Shown here piece after piece: positions 1 to 12,860 of a DNA stretch of 64,000 nt. The first letter of the stretch is position 1. Every line of letters starts with the position of its first letter. Source of the stretch: Octopus sinensis (taxonomy: Eukaryota). Made by a program: the position numbers and the translations under genes. The notes below the pieces were generated by a model. The model saw nothing but the letters and a program-made list of their open reading frames with translations, had not been told where the DNA came from and ran no database searches. The stretch covers positions 76,570,001 through 76,634,000 of the forward strand of contig NC_043005.1 of NCBI RefSeq assembly GCF_006345805.1, in the 5' to 3' direction.

Positions 1-459
1 AAGAAAGATTACGATCTCAAAATTTCTCAATTTATGTCACTAGAAGATAGGGCAAGTTGTTATGGGTGTGAGGGAATTAATCTATGAGACAGATTATCGT
101 TTATTATCGTTTTTCTCAGTGTAATATTCGCACCTCATTATTTCATTACTATAGGGAATAAAAGTTAATAAGCTGCCACAAGTGTGTTAACATCGATATG
201 GATTGGAAATGGGATTCTGACCAGCAAAATAGAGTGGGATGCTACTCAAGGGAAGTCAAATACTCATTATTTTATATTATAATTTGTAGAATCATAAATG
301 CAGAAGTAATTCGATATCGGAATCCCTGGGAAATTTTACTGAATAAGAGAGTTTGTCGTCGGCAATCTGAGGAAATCTGGATTGTGCCTAGAGAAGAAAT
401 GAAGAATGATTACGAATGATACTTGGAAGTGTTAGGAGAAAAACATGGAACCGAAGGAG

Positions 460-775
460 GAGGAGGAAGAAGAAGAAGGGTGAGGATGGAGAGAAGGAGA
501 AGGAGGAGGAAGAAGAAGAAGGGTGAGAATGGAGAGAAGGAGAAGGAGGAGGAGAAAGAGAAAGGGAAGGACAAAAGGTGAAGAAAAAGCGGACGAAGAA
601 AAAAGAAAACAGTGATGACGAAGAAGAGGAAAAAGAAAATACGAGGAAAAAAGTAGGCGGAGAAAGAGAAAGGGAGGGAGAGGAGGAGAAAGAGAAGAAG
701 AAGAAGAAAAAGAAGACGAAGAAGAAGAAGAAGAAGTAGAAGAAGAAGAAGAAGAAGAAGAAGAAGAAGAAGAAT
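460..775. repeat. Purine-rich (GAA/GGA)n low-complexity microsatellite
   Basis: Seen directly: long GAA/GGA runs; the poly-F/poly-L ORFs here are artefacts of the repeat. Confidence 0.95.
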
Positions 776-1529
776 GTATGCAATTGTTAAATTTATTTTC
801 GTAAAATGTTGCTGTAATGCTTCCAGCAGATGAAAAGTTAAATAAAAATAGCTTAATTTCAATTTCAAATTTTCCGTTTCATTTAGATTTGTTTCAAAGT
901 TGGATAGAGATTAAAACAAGTAAAAAAAAAAATAACAGAGAGAAAGAGTAAGCCAAAAAAAAAAAAAAAAAAGAAATTATCATAAATCTCGGGTCCAAAG
1001 AAATACAAACAAATGTAGCGTTAACAAAAGGAATCACAAAATCGATAACAATAAAAATAGTGACATGAATTACAACCGAGAAAACAACAACATTTTTAGG
1101 AATTATAGTAACTTAACAAGAAAGCCAATAAGATTATGAAGAATAACAATAAATAATGCGGGAGAAAATAAATGAGAATGTCTTGATCGTTTTTAAGAAA
1201 TCAGTTTATAACAAAAGCAATAAGTAGTTGGTGAGCCATTGAAAGCGAATTTGAAGAACAATAAGGGATTGTTGGTGTTGCATTCTAAACATGTAAAAAT
1301 TAACGACTTAAAGTGAGAATCGATGTTCTGCCGGAACAGAAATTAAGAAAATAATTAAAGACTATTTTCACAGAATAAAGACAAGTGGTATGGAAAAACT
1401 ATCTAATAATGTTAGCTCTTTGTGGATGTCCGTCTAAGAAGGACGAAAATATTATAGCAGCAAGGAATAACAGGCGCCAAAGGAATAAAAGGAACAACAT
1501 TCATGCACACACACATACACACATGTTTT

Positions 1530-1852
1530 AGGGTTTAAGGCTACCAGGAGTTTCACCTAGACAGAAATCTCTCAACATCTGACAAATAAAGAATATTTAT
1601 CCCCCAGTACGGTAGCATATTTTGTTAAAACCGTAACAGGTATTTTTGACGTTGGGACATGAACCAAAAAGTTCAGTTCTTGAATTCAAACATGTAGCGG
1701 GTTCTAAGGAACTTTCCAGACGAGTCATCTTTCCATATTACAAAGACCGCACTTTCCTCTACCGTTCGTAAAAGGTTTGTACTTGGCTAAGATCTTCCAG
1801 TAAATCCTGTAGCTGATACCTTGTTCTTTAAGAAACAATATATAAATGGATA
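1530..1852 (-). mobile_element. Penelope-like element 3' fragment (C-terminal part of GIY-YIG endonuclease region, degraded)
   Basis: Manual minus-strand translation gives LKEQGISYRIYWKILAKYKPFTNGRGKCGLCNME* ... CLNSRTELFGSCP-RQKYLL, matching the W-x-IL...C-x-LC-x-x-EK...LN-x-R-x-EL...C-x-H...K-x-LL pattern typical of the PLE ORF end; contains a stop and a frameshift. Confidence 0.6.
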
Positions 1853-1887
1853 ATTTGGTAGTTTTTCATATACATATATGTATAAAA

Positions 1888-1961
<74 letters not shown>

Positions 1962-2230
1962 GTGTGTGTGTGTGTGTACGTATGTATGTGTGTTCTAGTG
2001 TATATTCAAATTTACAGAAAACAAAAGACGAAGACTGGTGTAGGAACAAGAAGCAGGTGTATTCGTTTAACGCTCGGGAAAAAAAGGAAAACTCTTATTA
2101 CGTTTCGAGCCTACGCTCTTCGACAGATAGGATTAAGAGGAAAAAGATGGGGAGAGAATAAAAAATAATGACAGAGAAAAATGTGCAACATGGCGTGATG
2201 ACTTGAAAAAAGAGGCTGAATGAAAGGGAG

Positions 2231-2276
<46 letters not shown>
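2231..2276. repeat. (AAT)n microsatellite
   Basis: Seen directly. Confidence 0.95.
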
Positions 2277-2277
<1 letters not shown>

Positions 2278-2304
2278 GGTAACAGTAACTCCAACGAAGT
2301 AAGA

Positions 2305-2915
2305 TGCGCAAGCGTGTGTGTGTATGTGAAAATGGTTTGTGTGAGTGTGTATATGTGAATAGGGGTGAGTGGGTACGTATGTGCGGGCGAGTTTGCGTGT
2401 GTATGCGTATGGGCGGTTGTATATGTGTGAGTATGCGTATGGACGTGTGTATATGTGTGGGGCTAACGTTCGTTAGCCCCCCACACGTGTGTGTCTGTCT
2501 AATGTGTGTGCTTTTAACGTGCGTATGTGTGTTTTATGTAGCATTTGATGTGTGCTTTTGCAGGTTGTGTGAGCACAAGTGTATGTTTGAGTGTCTGTGT
2601 GTCTGACCAAATAGTGTTCAGTTATTATGTGCTTGTGTGGGTATGGTGTGTATACTGACTTAAACAGAATGTGTGGAAGCTCGTATTTGTGGTGACGCTG
2701 TTGTGGATTGTGTGCGGGCGTGTGGATAATGGTGTGTAGTCTGGGTACTGAGAAGTGTTCGGTACTCGTGTGTGTGGAGTGGGAAGGTATTTGTAGGTGT
2801 GTGGTTGCAATGGCGTGTGAAGTGAGTAATGAGTTGAACAGTGTGTATGGGTGTTTGTATAGTGGTGTGTGTGGTAAGCCTAACTCGAATGTGTAATTTT
2901 CAATGGAGAATTGTT
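2305..2915. repeat. Degenerate TG-rich low-complexity tract containing a 10-bp perfect hairpin (2459-2480)
   Basis: Seen directly; GGGGCTAACG-TT-CGTTAGCCCC. Confidence 0.8.
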
Positions 2916-4017
2916 TCATGTAAACCACAAAGTTAAAATCTTCGGCTTGTTAGCTGTTTCTCAATGAAGTATCTAGAATGAATCAGAGTAATTTGCTATC
3001 ATTCAACTAATCTCTTTCCCGGTTTTCGGAATTCAATATTTAAAACTCTAATTAGAAATTAAATTAATGTTGCTAAATTTAGTCCTAGAATATTGCAATT
3101 TTGAGGAATGTATTAAGAACTTGTTATCACGAACTGTTATCTGTATAATTAAAGGTGAAGAAGTTTTGGCATTTAACAAAAAATAAGGTAGTGTAGGTCA
3201 GACGAAAGAAACGTTCCGTAAATATAAATTTTCTCATTTAAGTATTTTCAATTTATACCAGCCTACTTAATATAATTTTTAATAAAATACGAAACCACGG
3301 GTTTTTGAAGATGCATGAAGTCAATAATAGGAAGGAAGCCTAGCACTTTATCGATATCCAAAAATTGATGAGCAACGTTGACCTCAGCTGGATTTGAACT
3401 TAGAAGGTTATAGAAATTCATGAACTCGGTAAGTTATTAAATATAACAAATCTACTTCTTCCAACGCTTTTTTCCTCCTACGACCCTAATCTAGTTAAGA
3501 GTAAAGCTCTCATATAATGGTAAATGCCCTCATTTAGTAGTAATCCTATATAAGAAAGTTGGTAATCATTCGTAAAAGCTACAAATCTGCGTTCTTTTTC
3601 GAACGGCGTGTAATAGGCGCCATACAAAAGCCTAAAAATCATTATATAATTAGTATTGTGCATTTATTTGTTGCTATACAAAGTAGTGTGGGGCTCTGAG
3701 TCTGCGCTTGAGCAAGTCGTGAGTGAGGGAGTAGCAGTACTAACAGTAAAATGAAATTGAGCGAAAGGATAAGGTGTTTATCACGCTGTTCAGAATAGGA
3801 AACAAAAGAAAGAATGGAAATGAAATATTTGAAGTGAGAAGCGACTGGAATAAGATGTTAGTTTTATATTGATTTGAAGCCAAACGGAAAAATATAAACA
3901 ATAGGTGCAGATATGGAAGGCTGGTGACAAAGCTCACTTTGCAACATCGTGATTCCGGGTTCAGTTTCACTGCACAACCAATGGACGAGGCAAAGCCGCC
4001 GTATGTATGTATGTATG

Positions 4018-4073
<56 letters not shown>

Positions 4074-4639
4074 TGTGTTTCAGCTTCGATCATGTCAATC
4101 GGTAGTTTTCAGCATATAACTGGTTAGCGGTCTACAGTTTAAGTACACTAATAAATAAATTAATCATTTTAGAATGTGTCCTTATTATCATTCTGTCTTC
4201 AGATTAAGAACGATTATTTAATGATATCGGATGCATCACAACTCCAATCTCAGTAGTAGCAACAGTTACGTATGAAATGCAGTAAATGAATATACCAAAA
4301 GGTGATGAATGAAAAAGCATGGTTCAATCTGTGCTACAAATGTTTCAATAGCATGTTATTTTATTTATAATTCATATGTTACGTCATAAAAAACACCCGC
4401 TATTTCATCAGGCATCCGACTACAGTTAGAATAAAAATCGACTGCACATACATTCGAACCATAGAACCGTGGGAGAAATACATTTAGCATTAAAGAGATT
4501 AGGAGGGACTGAAAAGGGGAGTTAACCAATCAAACGTCTTTGATACAGAATTATGGACCAGTTCCAGGGAAATAATAGCGATCAGCTCTTATCTACATTA
4601 CTGTAAGCATATGTGTGTGTATATGTGTGTGTATGTATG

Positions 4640-4875
4640 CATGGTTTTGTCTGTTTGTTCCATCCCCAACACCCGCTTTACAACAGGTGTTGTTTTGTTT
4701 ATGTTTCCGTAACTAAGAGGTCCGATAAAAGAGATGCATAGAATACATAACAGACTTTTAAAAAATGCATAAATACTGGGGTTGATATTTTCGACTAAAA
4801 CCCTTCAAGATGGTGCCTTAGCATGGTCGCAGTCCAATGAGTGAAACAAGTCAAAGATCAAAGATAAAAGATAAC
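4640..4875 (+). mobile_element. SINE 3' portion (family ending GCATGGCCGCAGTCAAATGACTGAAACAAG)
   Basis: Similar to copies at 9320-9515 (+) and 24960-25150 (-) in this window. Confidence 0.6.
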
Positions 4876-5499
4876 ATTAATACTGATTAATAACGATGCA
4901 AAACAACATTAGCGTTTTTCCACATTATGTTATGGATATTATGATCAAAGAAATTCGGATTTGTGATAATTACACTTAAATGTTTCAATGTCCCGTGAAA
5001 AATATAATTCATCTGTAAATAATGCATCGATATTTTTAATTAATTCTTTTCAGCTTTCATTAAACCGTTCATTGAACCATTGAAGATGTTGTAAATAAAA
5101 TAATTTTAATTTCTAATCGAACAGGTGTTTATGTGCTAATACAGTGTTGCGACCCATCAATTTTGGCGGGTGACATGCACTATTAGACTAAATAATAGTT
5201 GTTGATATTTTACTGTGGAATACAAGGTGTTGACTCATCGTTTTCGCAGGGGTGCATTCTTCATAATTAGTAAAACTGTCGACATACCTGATGACACGGT
5301 GTGCATCAAGAGAGTGTGAGAATTTCTTGGCACAACCGTTTTGACGCCGTTTATTTAGCAGTCTTAATGCTTATTTTTTTACCCCGTCTCTCTCTCCATC
5401 TCTCTCTCTTTAGCTGTCTGCCTGTCTGCTCTGTCTCTGTCTGTCTGTCTCTCTCTCTCTGGTTATGTCTGTATGAATTTATTTGTCTTCATGTAATTG

Positions 5500-5825
5500 C
5501 GGACAGGAGGCCCAGTGGTTAGGGTTGCGAACTCGCGGTTTCGATTCCCAGACCGGGTGTTGTGTGTGTTTATTGAGCGAAAGCACCTAAAAGCTCCACG
5601 AGTCTCCGGCAGGGAGTGGTGGCGACTCCTGTTGTACTCTTTTGCCCCAACTTTCTCTCACTCTTTCTTCCTGTTTCTTGAGTAACGCTGCGACGGACTG
5701 TCGTCCATACGCCAATGAAACACATTCGCCACAGGGGGCGGGAAACACATACGCCACAGAAACCGGGAAACCGGGCCCATGAGCCTGGCTAGGCTTGAAA
5801 AGGGCGCATAAATAAAAATAAAATT
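5500..5825 (+). mobile_element. tRNA-derived SINE
   Basis: A-box-like GGCCCAGTGGTTAG, B-box-like GGTTTCGATTCCC; body shared with 25301 and 27373 copies; tail GCCTGGCTAGGCT..AAAAGGGCGCAT shared with 26066 copy; A-rich end. Confidence 0.8.
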
Positions 5826-6482
5826 GAGGAGAAAGAAATTGTTTGTCAAACGCGTTCAATTTATATATTGAAATGTTTAGCACTGTTTGCATCTGTATGC
5901 CTATATTTCAGTGCGAACGTAGATGTGTGTGTGTGTGAGAGAGAGTGAGAGTTTGTTTGTTTGTCTCTAGCTCCAAAAATTACTGCCGTAACAAAAGGCT
6001 GAATGTCCAGTCAGCCGTGCCAATTCAGCGTCCAAATAGCCGCGTCACATCGACTCATTTCAACATTAATATAATCTTTTCTACTCTAAGCACAAGGTCC
6101 GAAATTTTTGAGGATGGGGGCCAGTCTATTAAATCGATCCAGTACGCAGCTAGTAATTAATTTATCGACCCCGAAAGGATGAAAGTCAAAGTCGATCTCG
6201 GCGGAATTTGAACTCAGAACGGAAAGACAGACAAATTAATATTAATATAATGATATATCAATAAAAATAATGCTAAAATATAGGATGTATGAGTATGAAT
6301 AATAGATAAAATATTTGCTGCTCAATTCGCAGATATTCATAGAGTGTTTGAAACTTTTAACACTGTTTCTTCTCAATAAATTCCTGGATAACTATGAAAT
6401 ATAGCATAAAATATAGTATAGATTTTGACCATTGAATAGAAGAATCTCGAAGGACATGAAGGAAAGAATAAAATGATCAAAC

Positions 6483-6584
6483 AAAAATAGACGTCAAAAG
6501 ACACTATTGCCACCATAAATTCTTCGAGAGAAAACACACTCGGAGAATTTATAGTGGCAATAGTGTCTTTTGACGTCTATTTTT
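6483..6584. repeat. 102-nt near-perfect inverted repeat (about 45-bp arms, 10-nt loop)
   Basis: AAAAATAGACGTCAAAAGACACTATTGCCACCATAAATTCTTCGAG versus its reverse complement; two non-Watson-Crick positions. Confidence 0.9.
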
Positions 6585-6638
6585 CAGTGCGTGGTGAGGC
6601 GCAAGCCAAGCCCTTGTATGATTATGTATATAATTATA

Positions 6639-6690
<52 letters not shown>

Positions 6691-6693
<3 letters not shown>

Positions 6694-8140
6694 TTTATAA
6701 AAGGCAGATTTTATCTGCCTCCCTTTGTATCTTATAGAAATCTACAATATAGGATTTCTTCAATTACAATTTACCTAGCATTTTTAAGAGTAGAATGCAT
6801 CGGGTCGTGCCAGGTCCAGTTTTTAAAATTTCAACCCCAATTAAGCAAAATTTAGAGAAAACTCACATTGTGGTGTATAAGTCAAATGCTTTTCTTAGTG
6901 TGGCCTACACCACACGCACACGCACACACGCAGTGTGCAACCAATGAAGTGAAAGTAATTCACTTTTTGTAGTGAGTGACTCTTTCACTCTGCCACTTCC
7001 TCTTTACACACATAGACACGCAAATATATAAATAAAATTGTAAGCTAACGTGTGTGTGTGCGTGTGTGTGAGTGTGTGTGTATTTCCATAGAGGTAACCA
7101 TTCACTCCATACAAAGTTTTTTAGGACGAAAATAAGTTCTAAAGTTATCTCTAAGAAACAGAAAGATCGCCCAAAAGTGTATATAGATAATTAAATGTAT
7201 TTATATATTCATCTATACACACATGTATGTATAATGTGCGTGTATATATTTCCATAGAGGTAACCATTCAATCCATACAAAGTTTTTTAGGACGAAAAAT
7301 ATTTATATATAAAGAAAGGTGTGTGTCTGTCTACTCCGATTTAGATTCCTAACTACTCCCACATTTTGCGATGCAGTTTAACCAAAACCGGGTATCTTAT
7401 AGACGTGATTCATATCGAGCCCTTCTGGGTATTAGCGCGCGTCTACGATGAGTCTATGATTTTACAAATAATTTACCATCATTTTTTTCCATTTTAATGC
7501 ATATTTTTTTAATAAAGGGAAGTAACTCTCAACTTCACACCAATATGTGTGCTCATATGCGACGTAATATCACATCAGCAGCATTTCCTCACACCCTCCT
7601 TGCACTTGGCGAAGGCAAAATACCAGGGATGAAAATGGTAATATTGCCATCGATTCCATTTGTACCATTGTTAAGACGCCTTCTGATCTCAGAGATGCAG
7701 TGTTCCCAGATCTACAAGCTAATTATCAGAATATGGATTGGTTGGCAAAAAGGTTATACTGGCCCCGAGGAATAAAACTGTTCACAATATTAATGATGAA
7801 ATGCTAAAACTCATTCCTGGGGAAGTCTATGTATATCAGTCTATCGATACAACTCCTGACCCAAAGGACGTCATCAACTATCCAATAGAGGTACTCAATT
7901 CCTTTGAACACTCCGGACTACCACCACACTTTCTCAAACTTAAAGTTGGTGCCCCTATAATGCTCATCAGAAATTTGGTTCCCCCAAAACAATGCAATGG
8001 CACACGTTTGATCGTTAAGTCCTTATCTCCCAGCGTAAACTTATATCAATATTTGCCTGAATAATCATCATAATTCAGTGCAATCATTAACAGTACTTTC
8101 AAGCAATTCAGCCCCGAGCAACGCCGGGCAATTCTGCTAG
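6691..8140 (+). mobile_element. Non-autonomous Helitron inserted in a (TA)n tract
   Basis: 5' TC start, subterminal hairpin GGCAGAT-TTT-ATCTGCC, 3' GC-rich hairpin CCCGAGCAACGCCGGG followed by CTGCTAG, inserted between A and T, no TSD; internal helicase fragment. Confidence 0.88.
7590..8040 (+). pseudogene. PIF1-family helicase fragment of Helitron Rep/Hel
   Basis: ORF 7738-8064 contains ILAPRN...YPIEVLNS...SGLPPH.LKLKVGAPIMLIRNL.PP..CNGTRL, diagnostic of Helitron helicases; upstream LLALGEGK and AVFPDL lie in shifted frames. Confidence 0.9.
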
Positions 8141-9169
8141 TATATATATATGCGTGCGCGAGTGTGTATGCTTGTGTTTGTTTTCCACAATGGCTTTACA
8201 CAGGTGTTGATTAGTTTGCGTCCTTAGCGGTGGTAGTGGTTCGAAGAAGGAAGCGATAGATGTAACAAAAGATACGTCTTTAAAAATAATCTAACACAGT
8301 ATATACCAAAGAATTAGAAATTAGGATAGCAACGAGTGGAAAGCCTCTGATCTGAAGTCTGACAAACTAGTTATAACCGGGGGTAAATATCAACAAACTG
8401 AAATGCTTAATGTATGAAATAGAAAAGATAGAACAACAGAGTTCTCTTATTACACAATTTCGCTTATTGATGTTAGCAATGTTTTAGAATAACTTACAGA
8501 TATTTTACTGAAGTGTTAGTTTCTTCATCTAAGAAAGCGTTATGTTTGTTTTGAAATCCCAGGATTAATAGATGAAAGGAATCTGAAAACTGTGGAGAAT
8601 TAACGTAGGATCATCATGATATGTTTTAAGGTGGAAGCATTTTTGTAGGAAACGTTGTGGCTTCGAACAATATTCATAAAATCAAGACAAATATTTGCTT
8701 AAAGATTACACGTTTTAGAAATATTTTCGTTCTCGACTAGTTTAATCTTCTGCTGCATCGAACTAGCTAAATAAACAAAAAGTCCCAAGGAAGGGAATGA
8801 ATGATAAAATATGAAGAAGTTTTACATGAATCATTTGCATTAGAGAAAAATTACACAATAGAAAATGACGTCATAAGCCATAAGATATTATTACGCTTGC
8901 ATACGATTATATTTCTTACTCCAAAATATGTTCGGTGTTACTAACTCTAGAGAGAAAGTTGTCTAAACTGTAAAGGTTGTCATTTTGATCTAGTTGGGTG
9001 TTATCATCTTCGGATACGTCGCGAAAAGACATGTCTTGTTCCTCTGTGTGTGTGTGTGTGTGTGTGTGTAAATAAGCATGATCTAGGAGGTATAATTCTC
9101 ATTGACTGTTAACTTCAAAATTACTGTAATGCAAGGCTAGGTGTTTATCTGCAAAGTTATAAAATAAAT

Positions 9170-9515
9170 ATACACATTGGGCAAGTGTCTTCTACTATAA
9201 CCTCGGTCCGACCAAAGCCTTGTGAGTGGATTTGGTAGACGGAAACTGAAAGAAGCACTTCGTATATATGAATATATGTGTGCGTGCATATGTGTGTGTG
9301 TGTGTATGTGTGTGTGCGTGTGTGTATGTGTGTTTGTCCCCCCAGCATCGCTTGACAACAGATGCTGGTGTGTTTATGTCCTCACAACTTAGCGGTTCGG
9401 CGAAAGAGACCAATAGAATAAGTACTAGGCGTACAAAGAACAAGTCGATTTGCTCGACTACAGGCGGTGCTCCAGCATGGCCGCAGTCAAATGATTGAAA
9501 CAAGTAAAAGAGTAA
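9170..9515 (+). mobile_element. SINE with internal microsatellite
   Basis: GGGCAAGTGTCTTCTACTATA..GACCAAAGCCTTGTGAGTGGATTTGGTAGACGGAAACTG core also at 32521-32668 (-) and 25620-25760 (-); shared 3' tail with 4640 copy. Confidence 0.7.
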
Positions 9516-11369
9516 AAGAGTATACGTGTCTCAATGTAGGTTCTAACATTTAATTCTATACATCTATCCTGCGAAGATATATAGCTTCTTACACCGGATG
9601 TTAAACTAACAATTCCATTTTTTACCATTTTTTTTGTTTTTGCAGATTCGTTTTGTTTCTTTTTTTCCTTTTTTCTCATGTTTACTTTATCATTGTACAA
9701 ACCACTTTGACTTCTTTTGCCATTTCCCACATTTTCTAAATTTTGCAATTTTCTAAAATCATATATACATAACTATACATTCATACATTTGTACGCACGT
9801 ACGTATATATTTATGTATGTACGTATGTATGTAAGTATGTATACGTGTATGTGTGTGTATTTGTATGTGTATGTATGTATGTTTGTGCGTGTGAGTGCAT
9901 GTGCGCGCGCCAAAATTATGCCAAAATTTGAAACCAATATTTCGGAAGTGTTTCCTACCAAATTTGACTCCCAAAGCCTTGGTTAATCTGGGACCATTAC
10001 ATACACTTTCTGGTGATACCACACAGGCCTAAGGAACAAACGTCAAGGAACCACACTGCCATGCACCATCATGAATTAACTAACATCATAATCACATAGA
10101 TGTAATTAGCGTTAACTTTCTTTGACAGGGTACAAAATAGTTTTAGGATTACTACACGATTTCAGCTACTTGATAGGTATATTAGCGGGCTTTGTTCGCA
10201 AAATTTGCATAGATTTTTTTGTTTGTTTGTTGTTGTTGATGATGACATCAAGCTCCAAGACAGCTTCGGCCACTCAGAGCAAAAATCGAAAGCATAGTGG
10301 TCGAGAACGTACCGTTTGTATGTAGAGTGCTTTTCTGAATACATTATCCATTTTCTATAAATGGAAGGATGTGAGTTGAGAGAGATTTAACTACGATTTC
10401 TAACATGTCGGGTGCCGCATAAAAATTCTTTTCTTCGTAACTGTTGTTACTACAGTCACGTCATAGATTATTGGCTTCTACGAATCTTTTAGTATTGGCT
10501 GAGAATGTAACATAAAGATTACCACTTGAAGTTGTAAATCCGCTCCTATTTAGCCAAATAAAATTTGATCCACACTTCGACGTTTGAGATTGGAAGAGAA
10601 ATTGATATACTACCCAGCCTGAGTTTTGCTCGTGTTTCCAAATGATAAAATATAACGCTTATTGCAGGTGTTACATTTGAATTATAGGAAGAATATATCA
10701 TTCTAAACTAGACATATTATCAGTTTGTCAGTTACTAGATGTTGTGATATTTATGAAAGCTAGCTGCAATAGATAAGCACCTTCAGCAGGAAAAATTGTC
10801 TTTAGCTTAAGATTATACTAATCGGAATAAAGAAATGGCCAAATTAAAAATCTGAGCTTGATGTAACTTAACAGAATCATTTCTTAATCCTGATATCAGT
10901 AATATCTACGTTAATCATTAAATCTTCGAGCTGATAAGAAACCTTCTAAATGATCTCTCAATCTTGTAGAATTTCAGTTCAGTATTCTTTACATTACACC
11001 TCAATATTTTAAAACGCAAGACACATCATATTCTGAAGTAAATTAAAAAAAAAATATGGAGTGAAAATGACGCATACATTGTCTTATTAAGAATTTCAAC
11101 CAGTAGTAAATTTGTATTTTCAGATTTCTGAAGAATCTGTATTTCATAAATATTGTATGGGAATCATCTCGGGTGATCGAAAAAAAATTCTTTATTTAAT
11201 TTAGCCGGAGCAAAACATGTCCCATAGTGAGATCAAAGGTTTTCCGAAATGAAAATAAATTTCAGCGTTTGCTTAAAAATGCAACGGTTTTCATTAAAAC
11301 CGAAGAGAATAAACTTTCGAAATATTGTTTTCAAATTTTAGCATAAACTGGTGGGGCTTGGTAAGTCAA

Positions 11370-11535
11370 TTAGATGGTCCCAGTTCTCAGATGGTACTTA
11401 TTGGTACTTATTTTATCGATCCCTGGAAGATGAAAGGCAAAGTCAACCTGGGTGGAATTTGAACTCAGAATATAAACACGGAGAAAATACCGGCAAAGCA
11501 TTTTATCCGGTGCGGTAAGGATTGTGCCTGCTTGC
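11370..11535 (-). mobile_element. SINE copy (GAGTTCAAATTCC / CCTTTCATCCTTTC family)
   Basis: Homologous to 12471, 13432, 20236 copies; other degenerate copies near 6160-6232, 26455-26560, 30830-31020, 54920-55130, 55600-55780. Confidence 0.7.
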
Positions 11536-12057
11536 AGCCTTTAACTTTCGAAATATCAACAACAATAGTCTTTTGCCGCGAAAAATACGAGATTGTCACG
11601 ATTGAGATGTCTATGGGTATAGATTACTTGATCGACGCTGATCTGTGGTTAAACAACATTATCAATAATCGGCGTATATATTTCAATTTGAGGCAAGCAG
11701 AAGGTTTAGATAGATATACGACAGCTTGACCTTTACAGAGAAGAGAAAGCTCATTGATAATTTTAGATCTATTTACGTTGTTGTTTTAGTTGTTATATTT
11801 TAGGCATTATTGATTGGTGAAAAGGCGGACATTTTCGACTAATAAATAATTAAATTGTTAATTATCTGTTTTGTATCTAGAGCAGATCAATAGTTGGCGT
11901 GAAATAAACGGTGGAATCAGTGTAGAGATGTGGAGTTGGGGGTTGCGTGATGATAAACTAAAATCGTTTGAAATGGCTAATTGCAGCTTTGAGGTTATTA
12001 ATCGGCTATAATATGTCAAGAAATAAGAATAGGTGTATTTCTACAACATGTCCCATT

Positions 12058-12380
12058 ATTAAGTGGCATTCCGTCGGTTACGAAGACAAGGGTTCCGATT
12101 GATCCAATCAACGGAACAGCCTTCTCGTGAAATAACCGTGCAAGTGGCTCAGAACTCCACAGACACGCGTGCCCATCGCCTAGTTCTCAGAGAGATTCAG
12201 CACGACACAGAATGTAACAAGGATGGTCCTTTGAGATAAATACTCATTTTTATCAGCTGAGTGAACAGAGACAACATGAAATCAAATATCTTGTTCGAGA
12301 CACAACGGGCTGCCGGGAATAGAACTCATGACCTTACGATCCTGATCTGAATACCCTAACCACTAAGCCACGCATCCGCG
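12058..12380 (-). mobile_element. Full-length tRNA-derived SINE with 11-bp TSD
   Basis: TSD CATGTCCCATT at 12047-12057 and 12381-12391; head TGGCTTAGTGGTTAGG; same family as the SINE split at 27741-29497. Confidence 0.82.
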
Positions 12381-12470
12381 CATGTCCCATTTCTGATGTG
12401 AAGAAAGCCGGAGTGTAGACTCGTTTTCCTCATATATTTCGTACATTGTTATATCTCAAATTGCAATAAT

Positions 12471-12860
12471 TGTTTCAAATTTTTGCCACATGGACAGCTT
12501 GGCTGGTGGGGATTAAGTCGATTACATCGACCCCAGTGCGTAACTGGTACTGATTTCATCGACCCCCGAAAAGATGAAAAGCAAAGTCGACCTCGACGAA
12601 ATTTGAGCTCTTAACGTAAAGACAGACAAAATACCTATTTCTATTTCTTTACTACCCACAAGGGGCTAAACACAGAGGGGACAAACAAGCACAGACAGGC
12701 GGATTAAGTCGATTATATCGACCCCAGTGCGTAAATGGTACTTAATTTATCAATCCCGAAAGGATGAAAGGCAAAGTGACCTCAGTGGAATTTGAACTCA
12801 GAACGTAACCTCAGACGAAATACAGATATGCATTTCGCCCGGCGTGCTAACATTTCTGCC
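12471..12860 (-). mobile_element. Dimeric SINE with 18-bp TSD
   Basis: TSD ATCTCAAATTGCAATAAT at 12453-12470 and 12861-12878; left monomer plus LINE-like tail, then headless right monomer starting at GTATTT. Confidence 0.85.

Noticed and set aside
388-868. Long poly-F/L/S ORFs and the many IYIY/CVCV/THTH ORFs across the window
   Set aside because: Translations of microsatellites; no coding signal.
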